NCBI GenBank assembly: GCA_001643675.2
Contig: LSRY02000005.1
Span: forward strand, 744,001 to 808,000
DNA from: Monocercomonoides exilis PA203
Taxonomy: Eukaryota > Protista > Preaxostyla
Length of the DNA: 64,000 bases
Direction: 5' to 3'
The notes under the pieces were generated by a model, which ran no database searches, was not told where the DNA came from, and was given only the letters and a program-made list of their open reading frames with translations. Positions 24,326 to 36,473 of the stretch are shown here, one piece after another; positions within the stretch are counted from its first letter, which is position 1, and the number at the start of each line of letters is the position of its first letter. The translations under genes and the position numbers were made by a program.

Positions 24326-26627
24326 ATGCGAACAATGAAATCGTATGGACGTTTTTCTCAATTGAAGTCTGCTCCTGAAGAAAAATCGACAAAACTTTCG
24401 CGCAACTCAACAATATTACCATCAAACTCGAAAGACAATGCTTCAAATAACGAAAAAGTTGATCCTCGCCTTTCACCGAGATTTCATAGATTTACAAGAA
24501 CAAGAGTTTGCACAATTTTGCTGAATTACAAATAACAATATTTTTTTAATATTCTTAAACAACAATTTCCAAAGACACTAAGAACAATTTCCAGAATCAA
24601 CATATCACTGTCCGAGAGACTTTCATTTTTATTTTTTGTTCTATTTATGTGTGCAACGGAGTGGATATTTCTTTGTCGACCAAGTTGGCTCCCGATAGTT
24701 TACGTTCTAGTCATGATTCCAGTATGAGCATCGCTTTTTACTTTCAATTTTGTAATGTTGTTATTTTAATATCATCAATTCGTTCACGCTTGGCTTTCTG
24801 AACATTTGTCAATAAAAAATATATTTCAAATTTATTTTTCAGTTAGTCTTAGGAAGGATATTCTATTATCATCATAGAAAAGTGTGCAACATTTTGTTTA
24901 TAAACAGAAACTTAATTCATTTTATTCGACAAACCAAACTTCATTTGAAAATTTGCAATTAACATTAAAATAGGCACATTTTTATCTTTTGGATTATTGC
25001 TACTTCGGAAATGGAGTTCTGGTTTTCTTTTTATTCGTATTTCCGACATCCAGACTGCTTTGGGAATGTTGCTTTTTATCCGCATCTGGCCCTCTTCTTT
25101 CGGCCATTATAACTTGGAGAAATTCGCTGGTGTTCCATTCTTTTGACAAAATGATCTCTGGTTTGACATTCACATACCTTTTTTAAATATTAATATTTAT
25201 CAACCATTTATTTTTCCTTATTTAATGAATGATTTATGCCTTTTTTTAATTGTCATTCAAATTTTTTTGAACAGTTTGCCTTCACTTCTTCCCTCCGCTT
25301 GTTGTCTACTCACTCCGCTGGATCAACAAAGACTATGCTTCCATTACTCAGCCATTCACCCCATTCACTTCAGAAAACCAGCCTTTAACAGCTTCTTCCC
25401 TCCGCTCCGTCCTCTTTTATTCATTTAAGCATTCACCCCCGCTGCCAATGGAGTCTTCTTGCACATCGCCGCTTCCTTTCTCCATCTCTCTGCGTGGCTT
25501 CTTTCTCCACCTCCTCCTCTATTTTGTGTGGCAGATCTCTTATTACGTGAAGGTGATGCTGATCGATGCCAGATACCTCGAACAGCACCAGGAGTTCGTC
25601 TTTTCTGAGCGCAAACTCACAAACAGACTGAAAACAGGCTCTTTCTTGTACAAACTGTACTTTGAGTGGTCGCATTCACGCTGGGTGAAGGGAACGTGGT
25701 ACACATGTTTGATTCAGTTATTGCTTTTCTTATCAAGTTAAATATTGTTTCTTTCGTTGAAACAACTTTTCTTTCTTTCCTTCACATTTTTCTTCAATTT
25801 TGGCCTTTTTTATTCAAAACATTTTATCCTTTCATCTGTTAGTGTGCCAATTTGTGTTCACTTTTCTAACAACACTGCCTGGAATTCTGATGTTCCAGTC
25901 TTTCTTCTTCCACACGCTTGCTATTTTGTTTGGGTTGGCTGTGGCAACTTGGAATGGCGCAAACTTTTACATTGCAAGGATCATCAAGGCAAAAGCAGAC
26001 AAGCCGGCTTCATCGTCTTCTTCCACTGCAGCAACGTCTAGTTCACTGCCTTCGTCTTCCTCTTCAACATCTTCCTCCTCAGCAACAACTTCGCAACCGA
26101 CAGCTCTTCTTTCTTCTGCTTCTGTATCGACTGCTCATCCCATTCAGAGCAGAACAGATTCGAGTGCTGAAAGAGCAGCTTCAATGGACGCATCAACAGA
26201 CACATCCGACTTGGAGCTTCTATCTTCTCCTTCTTCCTCTCTTTCTCTTTCTTCCCCTTCACCTTCTCTTTCTCCTTCTCATGACACATCCAACCTTTAC
26301 GTCACATTCACTGCTGCTGATCATCCGCCATATTTGATGCCTTACCCTTTGTCTTCACTTCCCTTTGTGGGCAACAGCCTTTCGCCTGGTCTTGATGTGT
26401 TCCCAGCTGGTAGCACGGGGCAAGGAGAAGGCATGAGTGGATTAGCCAGATCGCAATACTACTTCTCTGCATATAGCGAAGATGACACAGACAGAAGCGA
26501 TGGGTTCAGTGACAATGAAGACACAGAGGCTACCAGAGACACAGAAACTGGATCAGAATTTGAGGAAGAGGAGCAGAAGACTGAACAAGATAAAAGCGAA
26601 GGAGAAATGAACACACAAAATGAATAA
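24326..26627 (+). CDS. GPC1: Glycerophosphocholine acyltransferase GPC1/GPCAT (DUF2838) multi-pass membrane protein, ~6 exons
   Basis: Spliced product contains HFYLLDYCYFGN, ASGPLLSAIITWRNSLVFHSFDKMIS, LHFFPP, YFVWQISYYV and ATWNGANFYI, all typical DUF2838 motifs. Confidence 0.85.
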
Positions 26628-27228
26628 TTTTATTCAATGTTAACAAAGTCAATTATGTTTTTATATTCACATACATTTTTTTGGCTGTTTGTTTGATTGT
26701 CAGTTTTTGATTTTTATTTGTTCTTATTTTTAATTTTCCTCTGTTAAAAATGTATCATGAGTTCTTGAAAACAGAAATTTGAGCATTTATTTATTTTTTT
26801 AAATATAAAATTGATAAAAATAAAAGAAGGCAAATTCTTTTTTAAAAAAAGAAATGAGAATTATTTTGTATCGTAAAAAGAGCAACATTGAAAACAAAAT
26901 GAATTGAAATTGCGATTGCCTTATTATTTTATTTTTTTTTTTTTCCTTTCAGGTTTATAGCATTTCATAAAGTCATTCACAGAAATGCCCTCAACAAAAA
27001 ACAATTACAGAAGATGAAATCAGAAAGAAATACTCCTCCATAATAGTTCAACAGAAGAATTTATAACAAAATAAAAATGCTTAATCCCCAAATACAGGCA
27101 AACTAAAAAACAAATGAAAATTTTTTCTCAACGTGTAAAAATTATTCATAAGCAGCCTTCTCAAATAAACAGCACTTGCATACTTAGCTGATATCCTTGT
27201 AACAAAGTTACAAGGAATTTATATGAAA

Positions 27229-28339
27229 TTATTTATTCTCTGCTTTTTCTTTCGCTTCCTGCTCTTTTGTATCCACAACTGTCCCAATCGGCCCGTCTGT
27301 CCCCGGTTCATTCAGCACAAACGAGAAAGATGCAAATTCCGGATTCCTCCGCTTCCACTCCTTCTCCGCCTGCACAATCACCCTCTTCTGCCTAATCGAC
27401 GCGATCTCCGACTCCTTGCAGAAGAGCGGGCAGCCCATGTCTGCAAAGTGCTGGTACGGATTCGGCAGCGGGCAAGCCTGCCCACACACATAGCAAAAAC
27501 ACACACGACACTCACACATCAGCCGGTTGCAGCCAGCCTTGTTGACTGCAGGCTTCTTGCAGTTCGGACAGCTCGGCTTCGCCACAAACGAGCGGAACTT
27601 GTTCTCCACTGCCTGGAAGAGCGAGCGCCTGGCCCAGTCATCCATCTCCTTGCAGTGGAGCGGCAGATGGCTGTCCTTTCGGCACTTCAGACAGGACACA
27701 CGCCGGCACGACGGATGAGCACAGCGCATCTCAATTCTCGACTCGTCGTCCACTTCGCACATGTAGTTGCAGAACGGACACTGCACAAGATTCGCTATTC
27801 CTGCCGCTCGCAGCTCGGCAGCCTGACGCAGCTGGCTCAGCGTCTCTACTTCGCTGCGAGGAAGGATCTCGCTGTAGAAATAGTCAGGGTATGTCCCACG
27901 GCACCGGATGAGGAGGCAGCTGTTGGAGGCAGGCAGGGAGGATGGTAAGGCGCTTGAAGACGAAGGGGTAGAAGAGGAAGAAGGAACAGAAGAGGAAGAA
28001 GGCACAGACGAAGAAGAAGCCCGTGCCTCGTCGTGCTCATTAGTCTGTGAAGTGATTGTGCGCACTGCCACTCTTGTCTCCTCGTCCTCTTCGCACTCCT
28101 CGTCCTTCGTTTCCTCTTCTTTGTCCACCCAGCACGAGCACCGCACGTCGCATGCCCCGCGGCGCAGGGCTATCCGGGCGCGCTTGATGGCACAGAACGG
28201 ACAGCCGAGATGCGAGTGGCGGTGGCAGAGGAGCATCTCTTCAGCATCCAGCTCGCTGTGGCAGCGAACACAGCATAGAGGATAATCAGATAGAATGCAC
28301 ATCGAGGAAGAAGAGGAAGAAGAAGATGAGCTTGAAGAA

Positions 28340-28371
<32 letters not shown>

Positions 28372-29454
28372 AGGAATGGTTTGCTCCGCATCTGTTGAAG
28401 AATGTTGGGCTTCATCATCTTTTTCTTTGTCTTCCTTTGGAGCCAAATCTTCTTCAATTGCACTTATTTCCTTTTCAACGCTTTCTGTTTCTTCTTTTTT
28501 GTCTTCTTTCCCATCTTTTGAAAGCTCTGTTGTTGTTGAATCTTTATTAGTTGTTGTATCATCTACCAACTGAACAGCCAGCAACTTTTGCTTTCGCTTC
28601 GTAAGGGCTTCAAGAATGGAATTGTTTATGTCAATTTGTCTCAGAACATATTTCATTTCTTCACCAAAAATCGGATCGGCAGCGACCTCGTTTTCGCTTG
28701 GTGGTTGATCATTGCGTGGAAGAGGAAGAATTGGAGAAGAATCTGCTTTTAGAGTCACTTTATCCAAGAAAAAAATCAAATTATCATCAAAATATTGCCA
28801 TGTAGGATAAAGATGAAATTTGAATTGTTGCAATGACTTCATTAAAAATGGAATTGGAATTCGCGGATAAATTGTAGAAATGAATCTTAAACATAACTGT
28901 TTGTATGATGGTTGGACATCTTCATCATAATTTGAAAAGTCCCTACTTGGTGGTGCTTCTTTTGGAGCTTCAAATACTTCTCGCGGATATTCTCCATTCA
29001 TTTCTATTATGCGTTCGATAAGTTCATCGGCTCTTTGAGGACGTGGTTTTTGCTTTTTCAATTCTTCGATAACAAACGATGTCGATACATCCCCAAAAAT
29101 AGAGCAAACAGTTTCTACATCTTTTTCCAGTTGTTGATCGTAATCTTCATTTGCTGGATTTTCTTCCTCATAAGTACCTAGAGACGCCATAATCGCTTGT
29201 TGAAGCATTTCTTCTTCTTCTTTGTCAATATCGCTTTGCGACTTTTTTTGAAGTTGCGCTGGAATGCCAGGTTTAAAAGTATGCAATGGAAGAGCGTTAT
29301 CATGATTTGGAATCTGAGGTAATGGATCATTTTGAGTTGTTTTGGAATGAATGTTTGGAGATAAATCATCTTTTAAATCAATCAAATCAGTTCCACTATC
29401 TGTAAACTCCTCTTCCATCTCGTCTTCATCATCAATATCAATATTTAGACTCAT
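27229..29454 (-). CDS. RBR E3 ubiquitin ligase, RNF216/TRIAD3-like, with UIM and CUE-like segments
   Basis: EEEMLQQAIMASL (UIM); RING1 CVRC..C.RHSH.GCPFC; IBR CPFCNY..CAHPSCRRVSCLKC..SH..LHC; RING2 CPNC....KAGCNRLMCECRVCFCYVC with the catalytic Cys. Confidence 0.9.
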
Positions 29455-29619
29455 TTATATCGAAAATATTCTCCAAGTATCACTAAAAAATATAATATGG
29501 TTACTAGAATTTTGCAACTGTGAACGTTTCCATAAAAGAAACGCCTTGAATAAATTAATAAGAAACAATAACAAAATGAATCTAAAATGATTTGATCGTT
29601 AATATAATATTTTTTTCAA

Positions 29620-30687
29620 ATGTCTGTCACTTCTTCTTCTGTTTTATCGACAGCGCATTTGTTGAAGTTGTCAACAAATGCTTTATTCCAACCAAATTTA
29701 GTTTCCAATATATTCGCCCCCAACGAAACCTTGTTTGCGTTCTTTGATTTTATTATTATTGTGAAAGACTTTTAATTACTTTTAATTGAAATCTAACAAA
29801 ATATTTTTAACTAATTTACATAAAGAGGAAACTTTCTAATAAAAAATAAAATTGAAGCCGATTATTCAGACGTTGTTGCTCCAGAACAGAATGAAAAAGC
29901 TCAGCAAACTTCGACTTCAATTGTGCTTGCCAGGTATTTCATCGTATTTGTTTCATGTAATTTTACAAAAATAAACCGTTTTCTATTTTTTTAATTTTAA
30001 TTCTGTTTTTCATTTTGAAGTTCAACTACATCTTCTCAATCAGCTGCTGATCATTCTCATCATTTTGATTCAAAAACTGCAATAGCCATAAGAGCAGCAA
30101 CAAAATCACTTTCATCTTCAAAAGTGGATCCACCTGTATTTCATCCTCATTGGAAACTTATCAGAGTTTTATCTGGCCATGATGGATGGGTTAGAACAGT
30201 AGCTGTTGAGCCAAACAATGAATGGTTTGCAACAGGATCAAACGATCGAGCAATAAAGATTTGGTCCATGACAACTGGAGTGCTGAAATTAACACTAGCG
30301 AATCATATATCAGCGGTAACAGGATTAGAAGTGTCAAGCCGTCATCCATATTTATTTTCTTGTGGAGAGGATAAAAAGGTTTTATGCTGGGATCTTGAGC
30401 AAAACAAAGTTGTGCGACATTACCATGGCCATCACAGCGGAGTGTTTTGTTTGAGTGTTCATCCATCTCTCGATTTGCTTGTTACCGGAGGAAGGGATTC
30501 AGCAGCACGTGTGTGGGATATAAGAACGAAAATGGAAGTTCTTCAACTTTCTGGTCATTCAAACACAGTGATGTCGCTAATCACACAGAATGCGTATGCG
30601 TACGAACTTGTTTTGAAAAACTTATTGAAAGAAAAATAAGTTTTAAGGGAAAGTTACAAAGAAGAGAACTCTTTTATTTATATTTGT

Positions 30688-30729
<42 letters not shown>

Positions 30730-31802
30730 AAAATGGTTATTTTTTGAAAATTCATTCTATTGTGAAATTAATGCAATTTTAAAATTTCATTTGCTTTTAT
30801 TTATATTATCACCACAAAAATTTATTTCAGATCGCCTCATGTTATCACAGGTGGAGCAGATTCAACAATTCGTCTCTGGGATTTGAGAAAGGCAGAACGC
30901 CCACTTGACCAACTGACATATCACAAGAAATCTGTAAGGTTTCTGTCTTGATTTATTGCCTAATTTTTATTCTTTCTTAACATTTTCAAAATTATATGCA
31001 TATTTTCATTCTTATAACCATTTTTATCTTCTGTTTTCAATGATATGATAAAATGCTTGCAACAAAATATTTGATGATTTCCAGAGCCTTGTGCCGTCAT
31101 CCATATCAATTCACGTTTGTTTCTGGCGGACAAGACAATGTGAAGAAGTATTCATTTGAAGGTCCAACGTTCCTCGGAAATTTGGACAATGCAGGAACAA
31201 GAATTAACAGTCTGTCGATTAATCCAGAACTGGAATCTATCACTTCAGCATCGCCTTCATCTGACTCGCTTTCTTCTGATTCTTCTTCTTCTTCTTCTTC
31301 TTCTTTGGAATTATCGTTAAAATCTTCTTCTGCATCAACTGTGGTGAGTGGAGGTGTACTCGCTGGTGGATGTTCTGATGGATCTGTCGCCTTTTGGGAT
31401 TGGAGAACTGGCTATCTCTTTCAGAAGATTCGTCCACCTGTTCAAGTTGGTTCATTGGAAAGTGAGGTTTGTAACATTAAGCAAAAATACATTGATATAT
31501 TTTTATATACTTAAACGATTCTCTATGATTTTATTTTTATGATTTTTGATTTTTCACATTGCATCTTTCATATGCATAAACTTCCGCTCATTCATATATC
31601 TGCGTTTCAATTTTTTTATCTGAATATATCCAACATTTGCGAATGAATTTTGCAGTATGGCGTTGAATGTGTCACTTTTGATAAGTCAGGAACAAGATTA
31701 ATTACTACCAATGATGATAAGACAATTAAGATCTTTGGAGAAGACCCTGATTCCAGCCCTGCTACTGATCCTATCACATGGACTCCTTCAAAGCCAAAAT
31801 GA
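29620..31802 (+). CDS. PLRG1: Pleiotropic regulator 1 / Prp46 (WD40, NTC splicing factor), ~6 exons
   Basis: [86 protein letters not shown]; stop TGA at 31800-31802. Confidence 0.95.
30689..30728 (+). repeat. Poly-T run (40 nt) inside a PLRG1 intron
   Basis: Read directly from the sequence. Confidence 0.95.
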
Positions 31803-32102
31803 TTGTTTTTTTCTAATCTTTTTTTCTTATTCTTATTCTTCTTATTCAAATTTGCTTTTTGATAGAATTCCTTTGGAGAAATGCTCATTTCACTTTTCTT
31901 TCACCTCATGTCAAAAAATTGAGATGCCAACAAAGCATCACACAAAAAATGAATATTGTTTTTGTTTGTAACAGGCATTTTTTTAAAATTTTTCACCGAA
32001 AAAAGCAAAATAATTAGAATACAAACAACTCAATAAGTTAATACTTAATTGAAGACTCGGGTATCAAAAAGTCAAATAAAAAGGTTATCAATAGCAACAC
32101 TA

Positions 32103-35100
32103 TCATTTCGAGCCTGCAATCATTTCTGATTCGATATCTTTTAGCCTCATAAGATTTGCAATTGAATCCGAAAAGCAGCTGTTTATTTTGAGTGTGGAGA
32201 TGCCCAAAGCATTGTGAAGGACAAAGAAGTCTGTAACAATCGAATGGAGTGAAGAAGAAGGGGAACGCGGTTTTGATTCGGGCGAATCTTTGTCCGATGC
32301 TTGGATAACAACAGAATGCGTAGTGCTTTGAGAAGAAGAAGAGGAGGAAGAAGAAGAATCTGAGTGAGTTACCAATAAAGTGAATGTCGCAGGTGCATTG
32401 ATTGTCAAAGTCTGCAAGGATGAGCACAACTGCCTTAGAGCATCGTTATCTAATGGCTGAAGAAGAATTCCAAAAAGAAGGGCCGTATAAGACGACAGAA
32501 CGCGTTCCTCTTCTCCAATTTCTTTTCCCTCAGGGCACAATGCAATTGAAGCCAACAACATTAAAAATGGATATGGCATGTGCAAATATGTTTCTTGGTC
32601 ATCATCATCAGTTGAACTGTTCTTTTTTCCTTTCTTGTAACCAGAATCGACATCACCATTCCCAAAATATGCCATCAGTTTTCTCAAATAATCTGAAATA
32701 GTTGCAATATTTATCAGAGCTGCAACAATGCTAATGCGAATATCAAATGATTGTGATAATTGAGAGCTTTGTTCTTTTTCTGTATTTGAATGCATTTTAT
32801 CTTGTTGAGAAGATCCCCAAAAAGATGAATCCGAAGTTAGACGCAAATGTGGAAGAGGAGATACAGGTGACAAATAATAAATGAAAAGCAAAAGAAGTAA
32901 TGAAGGCTGTGCATTTGCTGTATCCATTATTTTTCCTGATTTACCGTAAGGAATAAGTTCAGAATTGCAAATGGACAATTTATTGAAATACTGTAATTCT
33001 TTATTAAGAAGTGAATTTAGAGTTTTAGTGCCTTCTGAACTTTGACTCGAGAAAATGTGGATTAATGTTTGTTCATTCAATGAATGAGTCATGTTTACAA
33101 GCAAGCGCACTCCACACAAAACTGAGCTTAATGGAATAAAAGGAGTTTTTCCAGCCTTTCCGAATGAGCGCGAATCTGAAAGAACATTTTCATGTTCTTC
33201 CTTTGCTTTTGAATTGAGAACAGAGAAATTGAACGATTTCACTTTATCTTCTTTTTCACTCAATTTTTCATCTTCCTCGATTCGCATTCTTTTTTTTGAT
33301 CGAGACTTTGCTGTATCGGATGCTAATGGAAGCTGTTTAACTTCAACAATATCTGGACTTATGGATTCTGTGCTTGAACATGATTGTGACTGGCTTTCAT
33401 TTTCTGTCATTTCTTCAATCAAAATACTTGATTTTTGTTTTTTCGTTTCAGAATTTCGCGATTCATCATTTATAGAAGAATGAAAACGGATAAGTGACTT
33501 TTGAATAACAGCGGCTGAAAGAAGAAGAGATTCAACAAACGACGCACACGCAATCCATTTCCCAAGCTCAGTCTGATTAAAAGCTGTTGATGAACCACTG
33601 CTATGCAATTTGCTAAAAGAACTTTGATTTTTGTCAGGAGAACTCAGAGAATCTGAAGCATGCAAGATCCTACGCGCGTGAGAAGATAACATCAATTCGC
33701 AAACTTCAAACAGCATTTCAACCACAGAAAGATTTGACTGCTTAATAAAAGGAATCGAGCCTAATCCATAAATAGTTCGATATAAAGTCTGATTACTTCG
33801 TCTGTTGTATGCTGATAGCGAAAGCTGAAGCCAGTTCGAAGAAGAAAACGAAATGAATTGCTCTGACTCCACAACGATAGTTGCATTGCTCAGTAAAGGA
33901 TTTAGTAGAAATGACATATATTCAATAATGTTTTTGTGGACATGTGGCTCAATTAAAGCAGTGCCTGCTTCTGTTCTCTGAAGATCCGTCGAGTCGCTTT
34001 CGACTGCTCCATCATCTGGTGCCATCAAGCTCAAAAGGCGGAAGTCCGGCCTATCCAATCTCTGAGTGTATTCATACTGTGTTTGCGATTGCTCATCGAT
34101 TCCAGTTGATGGCATTAATTGCTGCTTCTTTTCTGAAACGACTGAAAGTGTTTGACAGCAAAGCAAAAATAAAGCAGAAAAGCCAGAAATGTCGCGTTCA
34201 TCATGTGAAATGTGCTGTTCGGACTGATTTTTACTCTTTTTCGGATTCTTTGTCTGTTTTATTGTTAGCTCCTGCTTTTGATGTAACACAGAAAATGATT
34301 TAGATTGAATCATCGGTCGTTTTTGTTCGGCTTTCTCTTTTTCTACCAGCAAAGAGACAAATGAGTTGAATGAAGTGGGAAACAGTGAAGAGAATGGAAG
34401 AGAATGAGATGGATTTGAAGTGATGGTGCGAATTGTCGGTTGTGAAGTGTTTAAAATGGAAGAAAGACGCTCAAAAGAAAGAAATGGGGTCGGTTTGGTT
34501 GAAGTGGTGACATGTTTTGGTGATGCTTCCAAAGATACAGCATCTTCGATGTGAATTTGAGAGACTAATGGATTGCAGAGGAGACGAAGAAGTGCATCAA
34601 CGATGTCGAATGAAGGTGGAACAGGTGAAGATGGTGGAGATCCAAAAGAAAGTACAGACGATGATTGTGCAGACGGGAAAAGAAGATATACAAACATGCT
34701 GTCCTGAGCTATAAAGAGAATGATCATCAAAGAAATTGCAAGAATTTCTCCGTCAATCTTGTTGCTCGGCTGCTTTTGTTGAACGCTGTCATCTTCTTTT
34801 TCTTTCTTGTTTTCCAATTGTATCGTACTGTTATTCATACAGTTTCTCTCTTCTTCCCAGCAATCCCACAGTCTTCGAATAATATTAATCGTTTCTGTAA
34901 GCATTTTTCTTCCTTTGAGCGCTGAATGATTATCGCTGCACAATAAAAATGACAGCAGATTTTTCCAACAGTTCCGCAGATGAGATTGAGAAAAAGAAGA
35001 AAATTTAAATGAATATGAAAATGAGGAGTCGAAAGAAAATGGTGATGAGGCTGGTGAAGGTTTTGGTGAATTCAGTCCAAAAGATGAGTTCGATTCAGAT

Positions 35101-36299
35101 GAATCGGAAGATGATGATGCACTCGAAGAACTATCACTTTCTGTAAATGATGATGAAATAGAATCGATAATAAATGTTATGTCCTCTGCTGCCACTGTTG
35201 ATGCACCTGATTGCTCTAGTGAATATCTCGAAGGCACCATCACTTTCCCTTCAAGCGCAGATGCATTAGCAGCTTTTTGCCTTCCTCTTTTCTTAGGCCC
35301 TTCAAGATTTGATGATTTCTTTTTGTTATTCTGTCCACTTTCTGCTGAAGCACTTTCAGTTTTGGTGCTTTCTTGTTCAAGTTGTGTTGCTGAAAAATCA
35401 TTCGAGTCAATGTTTAATTCGGCGTATCTATGCCAAACAGGAACACCTTCGCGGCTGCGTTTCACAGGTATTTTCTGCAAATTTTCATTTCTATTTTGCT
35501 CTAAACCAAACTTAGCGAATGATTGATCGCTGCGAAATCGTGTCTTTTCAGTTCGTTTGAATGCATTTGACGAGCATGGTTCAAACAGATCTCCTTTTTT
35601 ATCATCATTTTTGTTTTTTGACTGTTTTTGATTCGCTGAGAAAGGAGAAGAAATGTCTCTATTTGCAAAAATTGGAGGCAGAACTAAATCACCAATTGGA
35701 TCAAATTCGAATGAAATATTTCTTACAGAATCATCCTCTGAAGACAAAGCTTGGCTCGTATCTGGCCCATAAGTAGCCGTAGTGGAGTCGGCATTTTCAC
35801 TTTCTTCAGTCTGATTGCCATCGCTTCCAAATGAAAATAAATCAATTTCTTTCTTTGAATCACTTTTTGAAGAAGATTGCTGAACTAATTCCTTTTCTGC
35901 TTTTCCTTTTATCACATGTTTTTTCGATGATTTTTTGTAGGGCTCAGATGATTCATCTGTGGAATCTGAAATTGATGAAGACGAAAACAATCTATCAAGC
36001 TTTGTTATTTTATTTGTTGATGACTTTCTTTTAGGTGAAATCGATTGCTCATCTTTATCACACATTTGCTTTGAATTAGACTTTGTAATTTTGCTTGGTC
36101 GTGTAGGCTTTACCAAAATCTCAGTATTGAAAGATGTATCCAATATTGTTGGAGTGAACGTAAAGTCATCGGCAAGACTGTTACTGAGTTTTGCTTTACT
36201 TTTAACTTCCAAACTTGCGTTCGTTCTTGCTTCTTCCAACTCTTCGCGAATCTTTTCCCTGCTACTTCCATTTTGAGATTTCGTTTCTTTTTTTGACAT
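32103..36299 (-). CDS. WAPL: Wings apart-like (WAPL) cohesin release factor, divergent, 1398 aa
   Basis: Disordered N-terminus, then LEQSGASTVAAEDITFIIDSI, VRLLVNMTH, SFDIRISIVAALINIA and EERVLSSYTALLFGILL, matching WAPL blocks (DDIEYLL, LLNLTN, FDIRVLGLGLLINL, IVASYTALLLG). Start codon uncertain. Confidence 0.8.
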   Translation of the reverse strand: MSKKETKSQNGSSREKIREELEEARTNASLEVKSKAKLSNSLADDFTFTPTILDTSFNTEILVKPTRPSKITKSNSKQMCDKDEQSISPKRKSSTNKITKLDRLFSSSSISDSTDESSEPYKKSSKKHVIKGKAEKELVQQSSSKSDSKKEIDLFSFGSDGNQTEESENADSTTATYGPDTSQALSSEDDSVRNISFEFDPIGDLVLPPIFANRDISSPFSANQKQSKNKNDDKKGDLFEPCSSNAFKRTEKTRFRSDQSFAKFGLEQNRNENLQKIPVKRSREGVPVWHRYAELNIDSNDFSATQLEQESTKTESASAESGQNNKKKSSNLEGPKKRGRQKAANASALEGKVMVPSRYSLEQSGASTVAAEDITFIIDSISSSFTESDSSSSASSSSDSSESNSSFGLNSPKPSPASSPFSFDSSFSYSFKFSSFSQSHLRNCWKNLLSFLLCSDNHSALKGRKMLTETINIIRRLWDCWEEERNCMNNSTIQLENKKEKEDDSVQQKQPSNKIDGEILAISLMIILFIAQDSMFVYLLFPSAQSSSVLSFGSPPSSPVPPSFDIVDALLRLLCNPLVSQIHIEDAVSLEASPKHVTTSTKPTPFLSFERLSSILNTSQPTIRTITSNPSHSLPFSSLFPTSFNSFVSLLVEKEKAEQKRPMIQSKSFSVLHQKQELTIKQTKNPKKSKNQSEQHISHDERDISGFSALFLLCCQTLSVVSEKKQQLMPSTGIDEQSQTQYEYTQRLDRPDFRLLSLMAPDDGAVESDSTDLQRTEAGTALIEPHVHKNIIEYMSFLLNPLLSNATIVVESEQFISFSSSNWLQLSLSAYNRRSNQTLYRTIYGLGSIPFIKQSNLSVVEMLFEVCELMLSSHARRILHASDSLSSPDKNQSSFSKLHSSGSSTAFNQTELGKWIACASFVESLLLSAAVIQKSLIRFHSSINDESRNSETKKQKSSILIEEMTENESQSQSCSSTESISPDIVEVKQLPLASDTAKSRSKKRMRIEEDEKLSEKEDKVKSFNFSVLNSKAKEEHENVLSDSRSFGKAGKTPFIPLSSVLCGVRLLVNMTHSLNEQTLIHIFSSQSSEGTKTLNSLLNKELQYFNKLSICNSELIPYGKSGKIMDTANAQPSLLLLLFIYYLSPVSPLPHLRLTSDSSFWGSSQQDKMHSNTEKEQSSQLSQSFDIRISIVAALINIATISDYLRKLMAYFGNGDVDSGYKKGKKNSSTDDDDQETYLHMPYPFLMLLASIALCPEGKEIGEEERVLSSYTALLFGILLQPLDNDALRQLCSSLQTLTINAPATFTLLVTHSDSSSSSSSSSQSTTHSVVIQASDKDSPESKPRSPSSSLHSIVTDFFVLHNALGISTLKINSCFSDSIANLMRLKDIESEMIAGSK

Positions 36300-36473
36300 T
36301 GTTTTTGGAAAAGTAAATGCAGAAGCCGAGTTCTATATTAATGAATTTGAAATGTATGTTTTATAATTTTCTGATTGTTCTATTTTTCAATTTGCCTCTT
36401 CTTTTCAGAAAAGCGAAGAATTTGATTTGAGTTCTGGTATTATTTTGTTGCGGGTATATTTTGATCTTGGGAT

